Notes: generated by a model not told the origin, from the letters alone. A stretch of 47,010 nucleotides of DNA from Actinomycetes bacterium (GCA_023462275.1 JAEWYD010000179.1:1-47010); one strand, 5' to 3'. Shown: positions 28,278 to 38,520, counted from the stretch's first letter. A program made the numbers and translations.

Positions 28278-28700
28278 CTACTCACGAGTGGCAACCTCGC
28301 GCACCCGGCCGACCGCCGCGGCAACGTCTGAAGCGATCTCGTGCTCCCAGATCCGGACGACGGTCCAGCCGGCCGCGCGTGCGAGCTCGCTGGAGCGCAC
28401 ATCCCTCTCGGCGTTCCGCTGGATCTTCATCGCCCAGAGCGACGCATTGGGTCCGGTCCACGGCGTGCGGCGCCCGTGCTCAGGGCATCCGTGCCAGAAG
28501 CAGCCGTCAACGAAGACTGCGATCCGGTACCGCGGCAAGACGAGGTCCGGCGTGCAGCCCTTGGCGACGCGCCGCTGAAGGCGGAACCGGAAACCGGCGG
28601 CGTGCAGTGCGCGTCGCAGGGCGATCTCGGGGGCCGTGTCGGTCTTGCGCCGGCGGGCAAGGTGCGTGCCCGCCGAGGTTGACACCCACTTGCCCTCCAC
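28278..28700 (-). CDS. vsr: Very short patch repair endonuclease
   Basis: DTAPE..LRRALH, PDLV, FVDGCFWHGCPEH and GWTVVRIWEHE. Confidence 0.92.
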   Translation of the reverse strand: MEGKWVSTSAGTHLARRRKTDTAPEIALRRALHAAGFRFRLQRRVAKGCTPDLVLPRYRIAVFVDGCFWHGCPEHGRRTPWTGPNASLWAMKIQRNAERDVRSSELARAAGWTVVRIWEHEIASDVAAAVGRVREVATRE

Positions 28701-28753
28701 TGGTCCAGGCTACGCAGGCTCGCTGCGTCGAGACGCCTCAGGTGGATCGGCAG

Positions 28754-30460
28754 TCAGGCAGTCACCGCCGACCATGGTCCGGCGAGCGCGGCCGCTGCAA
28801 GACGTGCACCCCGCGCTTGGATCTCCGCTGGGCCCCAGTCATCACAGTCGAGAATGTCCCCAAGGTCGTACAGGTGGCGACTCTTCGCCAGGATTGCCTT
28901 CTTCTGGGCAAAGGACTTGTTGTCAAGTTGGCCGTTGAGGTCTTCGTCGATATACAGGAGGTTGCCAACCTGGCCAACGATGGAAGGCCTCACGCCGCTC
29001 GAGATCGCCTCTTGGGGGAGTATGTGCTCGATCGTGGGGCGCGCCGGGCGGTGGTCTTGCGTGGACTCGTGGAGTCCGCGCAAGACGTACTGCACCAGCT
29101 TCTTGTCTCGAGTGAGCTGATTGGTGAAGACCAGACGTTCCGGAAATGCGGCAAGGAATATCTCGGGCTCCGGCACGCTTCTCGCGAGCGCGGTCCGGCA
29201 CTCCTTCAACACCTTGGCTCGAGCGTTCTCATCCTGCGCCCGCGAGAGTTCCCTTGCGTACCGCGCATACATTCCGCTGACGCCGCCACTGCTGCTCCTT
29301 GCTACGATTGCCGTGGTCTGGAAGTGGAAGCGCTCGATCGCGGTGAACGTCAGGCGAAGTTGCTTGATCCGGAGATTCCCATCGCGACGCGTCCTCAGCA
29401 TCGAGAGGAGTAGCGGAGCTGGCTGCGTGACGTCGAAGAGGTCGAGGGCGGCGAGCGCGTCTCGGATGGCGATCTCTTCCGGACCCCAGGTGATGCTTCC
29501 CGGTTCGTGGAGCAGTCGGTAGAGAGGCGCGTCTCGTGAGATGGACTCGAGCCGTGCAAGCGCTTGGTCCTTGGTGCGGATCTTCTCGCGGATGGCACGG
29601 AACAACTTCTTCTTGGCCACGTAATCTTCTTGCGACAACCACCAGTGCTGGATATAGGTATCAGCGTCAATAGTCGGCGAGGCTTCATCCAAGTACCGCC
29701 GCATCGCATCCCACCTGTCACGGGCGCCGTCGGCACGTGCGTTCCGGACCCTGATTCTGTTTAGGATGTGATTCTTCAGGAGGTCTGCGACCGCGAGGTC
29801 TTTACCACGGCTATTGAGTGTCTCGAAGACTACATATGCGTCGTCTTCATTGCCGAGGTTGACCCAAATGACACGCAAGGCAAGCACGCGATCGCGGATG
29901 TCGCGCAGGGTTGCGAGCGTAGACTTCCTCGTTGGCGTGGGTCCGGCAGTGTTGATTGTGGATTCCAACTTGGTGACCAACCAAGTTCGGGCCGCCCGAA
30001 GGTTCCGCTCGTTCGCACTGGTCGCCTGGACGGACTCGTCGGAGGTGAACGAGAGGATGCGGCGATTCAAGTACGGCGTCGGGTCCTCCGTCTGGAGAAC
30101 AAACCGCAGTTCATTGTTGCGGTCCGCTCGCTCCAAGAGCCCCTGTATCCCGCGGGCGAGTTGCTCCTCACCGAGAGCGAGGAACCTGTCCCGCAAAACG
30201 GACAGGAGAATTGTTATGGTCGTCATGCGTTGCTGACCGTCTACAACGTAGGCAAGGTCGGCGTCCTCACCTTTGCTCCAGCCGACCATTGGGCCGACGA
30301 AGTATCCCTGAGGGTTGTCCTCGATAGCGTCACGCCAGAGCTCTTCGAGGTTCTCCGTCTCCCAGCTGTAGGGTCGCTGGAAGCGCGGGATTGAGTAGTA
30401 GCGTCTCCTGAGCAACTCCTCGATAGAGTATCGGTACGGCTGGAAGTCCAGAGCTGCCAT
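28754..30460 (-). CDS. DUF262-DUF1524 (GmrSD-like) modification-dependent nuclease
   Basis: IPRFQRPYSW, VDGQQRMTT and FETLNSRG (DUF262); IEHILPQ...GNL...N (HNH-type DUF1524). Confidence 0.9.
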   Translation of the reverse strand: MAALDFQPYRYSIEELLRRRYYSIPRFQRPYSWETENLEELWRDAIEDNPQGYFVGPMVGWSKGEDADLAYVVDGQQRMTTITILLSVLRDRFLALGEEQLARGIQGLLERADRNNELRFVLQTEDPTPYLNRRILSFTSDESVQATSANERNLRAARTWLVTKLESTINTAGPTPTRKSTLATLRDIRDRVLALRVIWVNLGNEDDAYVVFETLNSRGKDLAVADLLKNHILNRIRVRNARADGARDRWDAMRRYLDEASPTIDADTYIQHWWLSQEDYVAKKKLFRAIREKIRTKDQALARLESISRDAPLYRLLHEPGSITWGPEEIAIRDALAALDLFDVTQPAPLLLSMLRTRRDGNLRIKQLRLTFTAIERFHFQTTAIVARSSSGGVSGMYARYARELSRAQDENARAKVLKECRTALARSVPEPEIFLAAFPERLVFTNQLTRDKKLVQYVLRGLHESTQDHRPARPTIEHILPQEAISSGVRPSIVGQVGNLLYIDEDLNGQLDNKSFAQKKAILAKSRHLYDLGDILDCDDWGPAEIQARGARLAAAALAGPWSAVTA

Positions 30461-30493
30461 GCATGGAGGCTCGCACAGCTTACCCCTCGCGCC

Positions 30494-30760
30494 CTACGGG
30501 GACACGCGCCCTGGTGGCCGAAGCGAGACTGCCCGAGCCGATGGCCTTGCGTCGACTCGAGGTACGACGCGCGCTGGGCGGAGGAGTGCCTCGAGATCCG
30601 TGCGGCGGATGCGGACGACACGGGCGCCGACCTTGACTGCGCGGAGGTCGCCGTCGGCGATGAGCTTGCGGATGAAGCGCTCCGTGACAGCGAGCTCGTC
30701 GGCGGCCTCGGCGACTGTCAGGAACGGCCGACCCGACGGGCCGGTGGCGATGGCGGACAT
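30494..30760 (-). CDS. Excisionase-like HTH protein
   Basis: FLTVAEAADELAV...IRKLIADGDLRAVKVG..VRI; AAGGAG RBS before ATG 30760. Confidence 0.85.
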   Translation of the reverse strand: MSAIATGPSGRPFLTVAEAADELAVTERFIRKLIADGDLRAVKVGARVVRIRRTDLEALLRPARVVPRVDARPSARAVSLRPPGRVSP

Positions 30761-30785
30761 GGCGCTCCTTCGGGTGCTCGGCTCG

Positions 30786-33683
30786 TCACAGTGATCGAGT
30801 GGGCGGATCGAGAACAGGTGCGGCCGCGGGTGGCCGGTAGGCGGAGAGCCGCGAACGCGGCGACTGGCCGTAGTCATGTGGCGCGCGCAGGGGCGGCACG
30901 GGGAGGGGCGCGGGCGTGCGCGGGTGGTACGTCTCCCAGGTCTCGGTGGCGGTCGGATCGGCGTGGGACGTGGCGAGGATCCCGTCGAGCACCTCCCGGT
31001 ACGACGTCTCGGGCGTCGCCACACCAGGCACGCACTCGTCATCGGGCCCGTCCGTGACGACGTACACGCGGTTGGTCTCCCGCCCGCGGGACATCGCGAC
31101 GTAGAGGTCCTCGCGTCCCATCCCCGGCGCGGCGACGGTGTGCGTCTCGTCGACCGTCATGCCCTGCGTCCGCGCTGTGCTGGCCGCGTAGCCGAGCTCG
31201 ACGTGCTCGGCGACGTAGGCCGCGGGGAGCAACACCGGCCCGCCGTCCCGCCCTGGGCCGCCAGTTGGCCGTACCCGCAGCCCGCCGTCGTCGTTCACCC
31301 CGACGACGTCCCACAGGTTCCCGTTCCGCACGAACCCATCCGCGGTGCGCAGTCGCCGATGGTTCCGCCGCGTGACGACGCGGTCGCCGACGCCGGCCGC
31401 CAACCCGTCATGGAGCTCGACACCCCCCCCGCGGACGGCGCCGGACCGCAGGCCGTCGGCATGCGCCATCGCGTTCAGGTCGCGCACCGTCCGGTTGTCG
31501 GCGGCCTGGAGCACGGCCACCCGTCCCGCCGCGCCAGCGGCCAGGTACTCACCGAGCGCGGCGTCGAGCATCCGCTCCCTCGTCCCGCCAACGAACGCGC
31601 CGTGCGCGTCGTAGGCGTCGAGCGCAGCCGGCTGACCACGACGCAGCTCCAGGCTCGCCTGCGCCTCCCACGGGTGCCGGAACCGGCGCAGGGAGGTGAG
31701 CTCCGCCGTCGGGCCGCGGCGGGCGAGCATGCCGAACGCACCGCCCGCGTCGACGGAGCCGCGCTGGAGGTGGTCGCCGACCAGCAGCACCTTCGCACCA
31801 GCCGCCTTGGCCTGGCTGACAACGGCGGCGAGGCTGCGGGTGTCGGCGAGCGAGGCCTCGTCGACGATCACGAGCTGGCCCGGCGCGAGCGACCACCGGC
31901 CCGCCTCCCGTCGCAGCGCGACCGCCTTGTCGTCGCGCCGCCCGTCCGTGCCGCTCGCCGCGAGCCTCACCTCCGCCGCCGCGTAGGCGCGCCCGCGCGC
32001 GTGGGCGCCGTCGCCGACGGTCTCGTAGAGCCACTTGGCCGTGGTCTCGCACGGCACGCCGAGCGACGCCTCGAGCGCGCGGGCGGCCGTCGCCGACGGC
32101 GCGAGCCCGATGACGGGGCCGACGTTCTCCGTCCAGAGCTCGGCGAGGGCGGCGAGGGTCGTCGTCTTGCCGGAGCCCGCTGGGCCGACGAGCGCGTCGA
32201 GCCGCCGACCCGAGGTGAGCACGGCGCGGACGGCGGCTCGCTGGTCGGGCGCAAGCCGCGTGAGCTGGTGGTGCGCGCGGTACCGCGGCTCGTCGATGAG
32301 CCGCGCGTCGATGACGGCCGCGCCCGGCGCCTCGCTCGCGTCGATGAGCGACTTCTCCGCGGCGAGCAGCTCGGTGGATGTGTAGAGCGCCTCGCCGACG
32401 CGGACCCGCTCGGGGTCGCGGGTGTCGTCGAGGTGGACGCAGCGGCCGGCCGCCTCGATCGTGATCTCGTTGAGCAGCCGCAGCCGCTCGGCGGGTGACG
32501 CCATCCGCAGCGGCAGCGTCGCCCGGGCCGCGGCCGCGCCCAGGTTCCAGGTGGTCCAGACCGAGCGGCGCGTGGCGACGTCGTCGAGCACCGCGGCGAC
32601 GACGGCGGCCCGAACCTCGGTCCCGACGTCGTGGGCCCGCAGCCCGCGGGCGTAGGTACCGGCCAGGGCTCGGGCGGCGAGGTCGTGCGGCTCGACGCCG
32701 GTCAGCGCGCGGGCACGGTTGGCCCACTCGGCGAGGAGGTCGCGCAGCGGCCGGACGACCTTCGCCGGCCGCGTCGCGCGCGTGAGGTGCTGGCGTGCCC
32801 GGCTGGTCTCGATCCGCGACGGGCTGCGGCCGTGGGAGGCGACGAAATCGGCGGCCCACTGCTGTTCGGCGCAGTGGATCTGCTCGGCGCGGGTGGAGAA
32901 GGTGGCCAGGACGGCGTCGTCGATCCCCTCGAGCTCGAAGGCGGGGTTGCGCCGCTCGCCGCGCGACCGGTGGGACCAGCGCACGGGCAGGCGGCGGGCG
33001 AGCTCGTCGGCGAGGAGGGAGTCGTAGAGCGCCGAGACCGTGACCGTGGCGGCGTGGACGGTCGTGCCGTCGAGGGAGCGCCAGACGCCGTCGGGGCCCT
33101 GGACCTTGTTGGCGACGACGACGTGGGTGTGGAGGTTCGGGTCGCCGTTGCGCGAGTCCCAGTGGTCGAAGGCCGCTGCGACGACACCGCGCGTGCGGAC
33201 CTGGCGGCAGCCGGCGTGGCCGACGCGGGTCCGCGCGACCGTGCGCTCGACGAAGTCCAGGGCCTGGTCGACGGCGGCGCGGTGGGCGGCGTGGACGGCG
33301 GTGCGCGTGGCGTCGTCGCCGAGCGCCCAGAGGACCGAGGCGGACTTGGGGACGGTGAAGGTGAGGTCGAAGCCGACGACGGCGCGGTCGGTGCGGGAAC
33401 GGTAGGAGCGGCCGAGGGGTGCGTCCGTCAGCGGGTCGTGACCGTCGCGGAAGACGGCCGCCATGGCGTCTTCGGTGACTGCGGCGCCCCGGTGGAGGGG
33501 GCCCGATGCGTCGTCGCCGAGGCCGGCGAGCCCGCGGCCGAGCCAGCGACCGGGCGGGTTGCCGGTGGCCTCGTAGTACGCGACGAGCGAGTCGGTGTGC
33601 GCCAGGCCGGCGTCGCCCGCGGCGACGTGCCGGGTCAGGTACGTGTAGCCGTCGCCGGCCATGAGCTTGTGCATCGACATCAT
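30786..33683 (-). CDS. MobF (TrwC-like) relaxase-helicase
   Basis: GYTY and AYY tyrosines, FDLTF..PKS, HxxSRxxDPNLHTH (HUH); helicase GPAGSGKT, VDEAS, QGMTVD and YVAMSRGR. Confidence 0.93.
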   Translation of the reverse strand: MMSMHKLMAGDGYTYLTRHVAAGDAGLAHTDSLVAYYEATGNPPGRWLGRGLAGLGDDASGPLHRGAAVTEDAMAAVFRDGHDPLTDAPLGRSYRSRTDRAVVGFDLTFTVPKSASVLWALGDDATRTAVHAAHRAAVDQALDFVERTVARTRVGHAGCRQVRTRGVVAAAFDHWDSRNGDPNLHTHVVVANKVQGPDGVWRSLDGTTVHAATVTVSALYDSLLADELARRLPVRWSHRSRGERRNPAFELEGIDDAVLATFSTRAEQIHCAEQQWAADFVASHGRSPSRIETSRARQHLTRATRPAKVVRPLRDLLAEWANRARALTGVEPHDLAARALAGTYARGLRAHDVGTEVRAAVVAAVLDDVATRRSVWTTWNLGAAAARATLPLRMASPAERLRLLNEITIEAAGRCVHLDDTRDPERVRVGEALYTSTELLAAEKSLIDASEAPGAAVIDARLIDEPRYRAHHQLTRLAPDQRAAVRAVLTSGRRLDALVGPAGSGKTTTLAALAELWTENVGPVIGLAPSATAARALEASLGVPCETTAKWLYETVGDGAHARGRAYAAAEVRLAASGTDGRRDDKAVALRREAGRWSLAPGQLVIVDEASLADTRSLAAVVSQAKAAGAKVLLVGDHLQRGSVDAGGAFGMLARRGPTAELTSLRRFRHPWEAQASLELRRGQPAALDAYDAHGAFVGGTRERMLDAALGEYLAAGAAGRVAVLQAADNRTVRDLNAMAHADGLRSGAVRGGGVELHDGLAAGVGDRVVTRRNHRRLRTADGFVRNGNLWDVVGVNDDGGLRVRPTGGPGRDGGPVLLPAAYVAEHVELGYAASTARTQGMTVDETHTVAAPGMGREDLYVAMSRGRETNRVYVVTDGPDDECVPGVATPETSYREVLDGILATSHADPTATETWETYHPRTPAPLPVPPLRAPHDYGQSPRSRLSAYRPPAAAPVLDPPTRSL

Positions 33684-33818
33684 CGGGAGCCGCCTCCTTC
33701 CGCCGTCGACCGTCGCCACCGGGAGGTGTGCGGCGTGAGCGAGAAGACGGATCGCGCTCTGCCACCCCGGTCGGGTCGTGCAGTTGGTGGTCAGCCTGCT
33801 CAGGGGCGATAGCCAAAT

Positions 33819-34042
33819 CGATGACGGAACCGCGCCGCCGGCGGTGAAGCGATGACGCGGCGCGCGCGCGCGTGTGCGTCATCGGTCGCGCCGGTCGCGT
33901 CATCGCCTCGCCGGAAGCGTCATCGGGCCAAGGCCGCGCCGTCATCGACAGGACTACGCGCCGTGATGCAGCGCGTCCCGCTCAGCGGCACCTGGGGGTC
34001 GAGTGAGTCGTGGAGTACTCACGTGAGTACTTCGCGACTCAC
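33819..34042. promoter_or_regulatory. Candidate oriT/regulatory region: CGTCATCG repeats and a 40-bp palindrome
   Basis: Six copies of CGTCATCG/CGATGACG and a hairpin at 34003-34042, upstream of the relaxase. Confidence 0.5.
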
Positions 34043-34116
34043 GCTGGCTCGATGGCGGGCCGACCTCGCCCGCGGATCATGGGCAATCCGCGTAGGCGCT
34101 CCGGCAGGATGCTCGT

Positions 34117-34905
34117 GTGGACGTGACCTTCGTCAGAGCCAAGGACGGTGCTCCGTACGCGCGTCTCGGACCGGCGTGGGTCGGGTTCGACGAGGCTCTT
34201 GCTGACGCGGTGAGCCCTCTGCCGCCGCGGGGCTCTGCGGAGCATTCGGTGTCGACGTATTGGATCGACCGCGCACTCACATGGGTGCGCCGGATGGTGA
34301 CCGCGGGAGAGACTGGGCCCTTCCAGGGAGGCAACGCGACCACGTTGTCCGTCGTCGAGGGCCAGGTCGTTGCGAACTCGGACTACGACATGTTCGACCC
34401 AGAGGCGATGACAATCGAGGCCTTCGAGGAGGTCCTGAGGGCGTGGCGCGATGAGGTCGTCCGAGTGCGCGACGAGGAGCGCCCACAGATCCCGGAGACC
34501 TACCGCCGCAAACCGTACCCAGGCGATGAGGTCTCGCTGCCCGCTGAGCGGACGGCTCCCGGCCCTGACCTCGTCACTCTGTGGCGCCCAACTGGGCCAG
34601 AGGAGCTCGCCCTCGTAGAGGCGAGCGGCTGGAGGCGGTGGCCCCCGCGGCTGCCTGATCAGCCGATCTTCTACCCGGTCCTGAACGAGGACTACGCCGT
34701 CCGCATCGCGCGCGACTGGAACGTCAAGGCATCAGGCGTCGGCTACGTGACGCGGTTCCGGGTCCGGCGCGAGCACTTGGACCAGTACGAGGTCCAGCAG
34801 GCCGGCGGCGAGACGATCCTCGAGTACTGGATCCCAGCCGAGCGCCTCGAGGAGTTCAACGACAGCATCGTGGGAGCGATCGAGGTCGTCCACACCTTCA
34901 GGTAG
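34117..34905 (+). CDS. Two-domain hypothetical protein
   Basis: The C-terminal half (TLWRPTG..E...PPRLPDQPIFYPVLNEDYA..IARDWN...EYWIPAE) resembles a conserved ~115-aa standalone family; the N-terminal half is unrecognised. Confidence 0.65.
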   Translation: MDVTFVRAKDGAPYARLGPAWVGFDEALADAVSPLPPRGSAEHSVSTYWIDRALTWVRRMVTAGETGPFQGGNATTLSVVEGQVVANSDYDMFDPEAMTIEAFEEVLRAWRDEVVRVRDEERPQIPETYRRKPYPGDEVSLPAERTAPGPDLVTLWRPTGPEELALVEASGWRRWPPRLPDQPIFYPVLNEDYAVRIARDWNVKASGVGYVTRFRVRREHLDQYEVQQAGGETILEYWIPAERLEEFNDSIVGAIEVVHTFR

Positions 34906-34960
34906 GCGCTCCGTTAGCGATGACGGGCCGTGACTCTGTTTGCACCGACCGGTGCGGGGG

Positions 34961-37516
34961 TCACGTCGGGATCGTGACGACCGTCCTGATCTGTTGTGCA
35001 ACTGGGGTCCAGAGGTCCGCGAATACCTCGGGCGACTCGATGTTGACCACCAGCGAGTAGTCGACGCCATGATCGCTCTGGTCGAAGTCGCGCCGGTTCT
35101 TCCACCAACCGCCGACCGGGTACACAGCTATGGCGCCCTTGCTTGCGAGGGCGGCTGCCGTGCCTGTCCAGATGTCGGTGTGCAATGACCCTGGTGCCTG
35201 CTGTTGGTTGCTGCCGAAGAGCCAGCCCTTCTCGGTGTCCAGCCCCGGTGGGCGATCGCCATCCTCGCGTGCGCGAGTGTTGATCCTTTGACGGAACGAC
35301 TCGACGCTCTCCTCTGGGCGTCGAGTCGCAAACCTCAGTCCGTGGGAGGGGTAGACGTACCGGCCAGTCCAGCCGCGGCTCGACGGGTTCGGCTCCACGA
35401 AGTAGGAGAGCGTCACTCGGAGCGTCACCTGCGCCTCGCCGAGTGCTTCCAGCTGCTGGATCGGCCATGGGAGCTCATGCAGGTTCATCTCCCGCGCCTT
35501 GCCCGCGTTGCTTACGCCATCACGCTCGTAAGGATGGATCTGCGCCTCCGCGATCAGCGTCAGTGCGTCTGCGGCGCTCCGCAACGCGCGCCCTGCATCG
35601 GGCACCCCCATGCCGTAGCGGCGGAGGAGGCTGACGACCCCCAGCTTGCTGGACTCCGCATCAAACCGCGCCCGCATCGCGTCAGTCCATTGCGCGGAGT
35701 GCACGACGAGCGCGCGGACGGTCTCGGGCCGCAGCGTTGGGTAGCTAGCACAAATGTCGGCGGCGATCGCCGCAACCTGAGCCGTGGCGGCTGACGTGTC
35801 ACGGGTCGTAGTGAGGTATCCCTCGCCAGGTCGACGTAGTCGCGTGGTCAACAAGGCGAGGTTCGGCGGCGTGTCCACACTTGTCGCATCGGCGGAGGCG
35901 GCGACGTTGCCACCATCCGCTACGACATCAGGCTTGAACGGCCACTTCTTGCGGTCGAAGACGACAGACGTACGGCTGACGGGCGACAGTTCACCGCGCG
36001 GCGCGATGGGTACGTATCCAGCGAAGTCCGCTGGCGCACCCGACATGTCATCGTGCTGGGAGTATGCGCCGACAGTGAGCCCGTTCCACGCCTGGCCTGG
36101 GTCCTCGACAGGCTCGACGTCACTCCGAGCAAGGTGGTCGTCTGCAGGCAAGACATCCCTGATGTTGCCTGCAGAAACGACGAACAGCCGAGGCCGACGT
36201 GGCTCGTCGCGATCCAGGTAGGTGAATCGAGGATCGGTATCATCAACGCCCCGCCCGAACGCAAGCGCGTCGACCGTAGCTGACCACGAAGTGGGCCTCC
36301 CCGCCTCAATGCGCTCCGATGGCTCGCTCTCTGCGGCCGAACGCGACGCGCGCGGCGCTGTTACGGCGAGCATGAACACACGCGAGCGCCCGGGAGCCTG
36401 GATCTCGGGTCGGTCGACGGAACGAGCTGTTATCGCTCCGTACAGGTCGCGGTCGTTGTCGCCATGGTCCGGGAGGAACTTCACAGACTCCAGCCGATGG
36501 AGCAGTCGAACGCCTCGCGGGTCGAGAACGGCAGAGTGGAGGTCGCCGTACAACGCGAGACCGGCCATCTCGGTCCCGTGTGGGTGTATAGGCTCGAGCC
36601 TCCATCGCCCGTCGGCCGCGTGAAGGTCGGACGCGTCGATCGAGTCAGAGAGCAGTGGGTGCCCATCATGGACGCCCGTGTCGAGAATGCACACAACCGG
36701 GGCATCTTCGGGCGCGGACTGCAGCCTCTCGCGCAGATCCTCAACCCAGGGTCCCTGCTCAACCGCGGGAAGTTCCGTGAGGAAGCTCGCGACGTCATGC
36801 GGTCGTCGCAGCTCGGCGATGTCGTCAAGAGAGTCGAGGGCCTCCGCGAGTTGATCGGCCGTCGCACGGAGAAGAACGACCGTACGTTCGCCGAAGCCCA
36901 GGTAGTGCTCACTTGTGCGCAGACCCTTTCGTGCCGCGAAGGCACTAAACCGCAGATGCGATTGTCCGTCCCTCTTGCGCAGCCAGACCTCCCACCAGCA
37001 CGCTGCGGCTGGATCGTCGGGGAATGCCTCCTCTGGGTCCGTCCAGAGCTCGCGAATCGTCGCTCGGCGGATTGACTGAATCCCCTCGACCAGGGCGGCA
37101 TGACGATGCTTATCGCCTTCGGCGCTCTCGACGTACGCGCTTAGCTGAGTCAGGAAGTAGTTGCGCTTGCCTTCGGGGATGTACACGGTGGCGAACTGGA
37201 CGATGCCGTGCGCTTCTTGGGACTCGCGGACCGCAACTAGCTCGGGCTGTGCCCCCCCGCGCTGCGGGTCGAGGCTTGCAAGCGCCAGGTCCAAGCCAGG
37301 GAACGATACGAACGTAACGTAGGTTCCGTCGTGGTCCGGCTCGCCCGTTGCTGACTGCAGCGCCGCACGATACTCGTCGCTCAGCTTGCGACCGTGAGAA
37401 CGCCGATCCCCGGTGAACTCAGGCTTGTCCCCTCCGCCGCCGGATGCCGCCAGGGTGAACGGCTCGGCTCGCGGCGCGCCCGGCACCACGATGTGTGGAC
37501 GGTCGTGCTCAGCCAT
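34961..37516 (-). CDS. S8 subtilisin-like peptidase (IetS-like)
   Basis: Triad LDTGV / HGTEMAG / TSAAT, SAGN and KPDVV; downstream of an AAA ATPase. Confidence 0.88.
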   Translation of the reverse strand: MAEHDRPHIVVPGAPRAEPFTLAASGGGGDKPEFTGDRRSHGRKLSDEYRAALQSATGEPDHDGTYVTFVSFPGLDLALASLDPQRGGAQPELVAVRESQEAHGIVQFATVYIPEGKRNYFLTQLSAYVESAEGDKHRHAALVEGIQSIRRATIRELWTDPEEAFPDDPAAACWWEVWLRKRDGQSHLRFSAFAARKGLRTSEHYLGFGERTVVLLRATADQLAEALDSLDDIAELRRPHDVASFLTELPAVEQGPWVEDLRERLQSAPEDAPVVCILDTGVHDGHPLLSDSIDASDLHAADGRWRLEPIHPHGTEMAGLALYGDLHSAVLDPRGVRLLHRLESVKFLPDHGDNDRDLYGAITARSVDRPEIQAPGRSRVFMLAVTAPRASRSAAESEPSERIEAGRPTSWSATVDALAFGRGVDDTDPRFTYLDRDEPRRPRLFVVSAGNIRDVLPADDHLARSDVEPVEDPGQAWNGLTVGAYSQHDDMSGAPADFAGYVPIAPRGELSPVSRTSVVFDRKKWPFKPDVVADGGNVAASADATSVDTPPNLALLTTRLRRPGEGYLTTTRDTSAATAQVAAIAADICASYPTLRPETVRALVVHSAQWTDAMRARFDAESSKLGVVSLLRRYGMGVPDAGRALRSAADALTLIAEAQIHPYERDGVSNAGKAREMNLHELPWPIQQLEALGEAQVTLRVTLSYFVEPNPSSRGWTGRYVYPSHGLRFATRRPEESVESFRQRINTRAREDGDRPPGLDTEKGWLFGSNQQQAPGSLHTDIWTGTAAALASKGAIAVYPVGGWWKNRRDFDQSDHGVDYSLVVNIESPEVFADLWTPVAQQIRTVVTIPT

Positions 37517-37521
37517 GCGGC

Positions 37522-38520
37522 CTACGCGATCGGGCTGCGTCGAGCGTCGATGCGAGGACGTTCATCGAGTGCCCGCACGAGGTCTTGGGTAAGGATTCTG
37601 GTGCGTCCTGCCAGAACCGTGCGCTTAGCCGCATTCTCGGCAGCCGTCGCGATCTCGCCATGGCTCAGGCCTTGAGCTGCCTTGATGACGCGGGTCCAAC
37701 TCAGCGTGCTGGTCTGGAACGAAGATAGGCGGTTCCTGATCACCGCCTGCGCGCCAGCAGCGTCGGGAAGCGTGAAGTCCATCGCCGTGTCGAATCGTCG
37801 GAAGAGAGCATTGTCCAACAGTTGTGGGTGGTTTGTGGCCGCGATGATGACACTCTCGGAGGTGTCCTCTTCGAGGAACTGGAGGAATGAGTTGAGCACT
37901 CGACGGATCTCGCCGACGTCGTTGGGTGCCGCACGATCACCCGCTAGTGCGTCGACCTCGTCGAAGAGATACACGCCACGAGTCTCGACGAGGGCATCAA
38001 AGATCAGGCGAAGCTTCGCTGCCGTTTCGCCCATGTACTTGGTGATGATCGAGTCAAGCCGGATTGCCAAGAGCGGAAGCCCGAGTTCACCAGCGATGAC
38101 GCGGGCTGTCGAAGTCTTCCCTGTCCCGGGCGGGCCCGTCAGCAGCAGGCGGCGGGCCGGCCGCAAGCCATGGCGTGCGAGCTTGTCACGCTGACGCTGC
38201 TCGAGCAGTACGTGCCTCAGGCGCCCGGCTAGTTCGTCGGACAGGACGAGGTCGCCGAGGCGTGCGTCCGGGTAGGTGACAGTTAGGAGGGCGGCGAGCT
38301 CTCCCCTCGGCTGGGTGAGGGGCACGATCGACGCCACGCGGGACGCGGCGTTTCCACGGTTCCGCAGATCATCGACGATATCGCGGAGCTCCTGGGCAAA
38401 CTTGGCCTGACCAGCTCGAGCCGCCTTGGCGGCGACCTGCATCGCCACGGCATAGAACTGGGGGTCATCACCGTCGGCGTGGCTCTTCACGAGCGCCTTG
38501 AGCTGGTCGTTAGTCGCCAT
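37522..38520 (-). CDS. AAA+ ATPase (IetA-like)
   Basis: GPPGTGKT, LFDEVD and AATNHP.LLD.ALFRRFD; 5 bp upstream of the S8 gene. Confidence 0.9.
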   Translation of the reverse strand: MATNDQLKALVKSHADGDDPQFYAVAMQVAAKAARAGQAKFAQELRDIVDDLRNRGNAASRVASIVPLTQPRGELAALLTVTYPDARLGDLVLSDELAGRLRHVLLEQRQRDKLARHGLRPARRLLLTGPPGTGKTSTARVIAGELGLPLLAIRLDSIITKYMGETAAKLRLIFDALVETRGVYLFDEVDALAGDRAAPNDVGEIRRVLNSFLQFLEEDTSESVIIAATNHPQLLDNALFRRFDTAMDFTLPDAAGAQAVIRNRLSSFQTSTLSWTRVIKAAQGLSHGEIATAAENAAKRTVLAGRTRILTQDLVRALDERPRIDARRSPIA

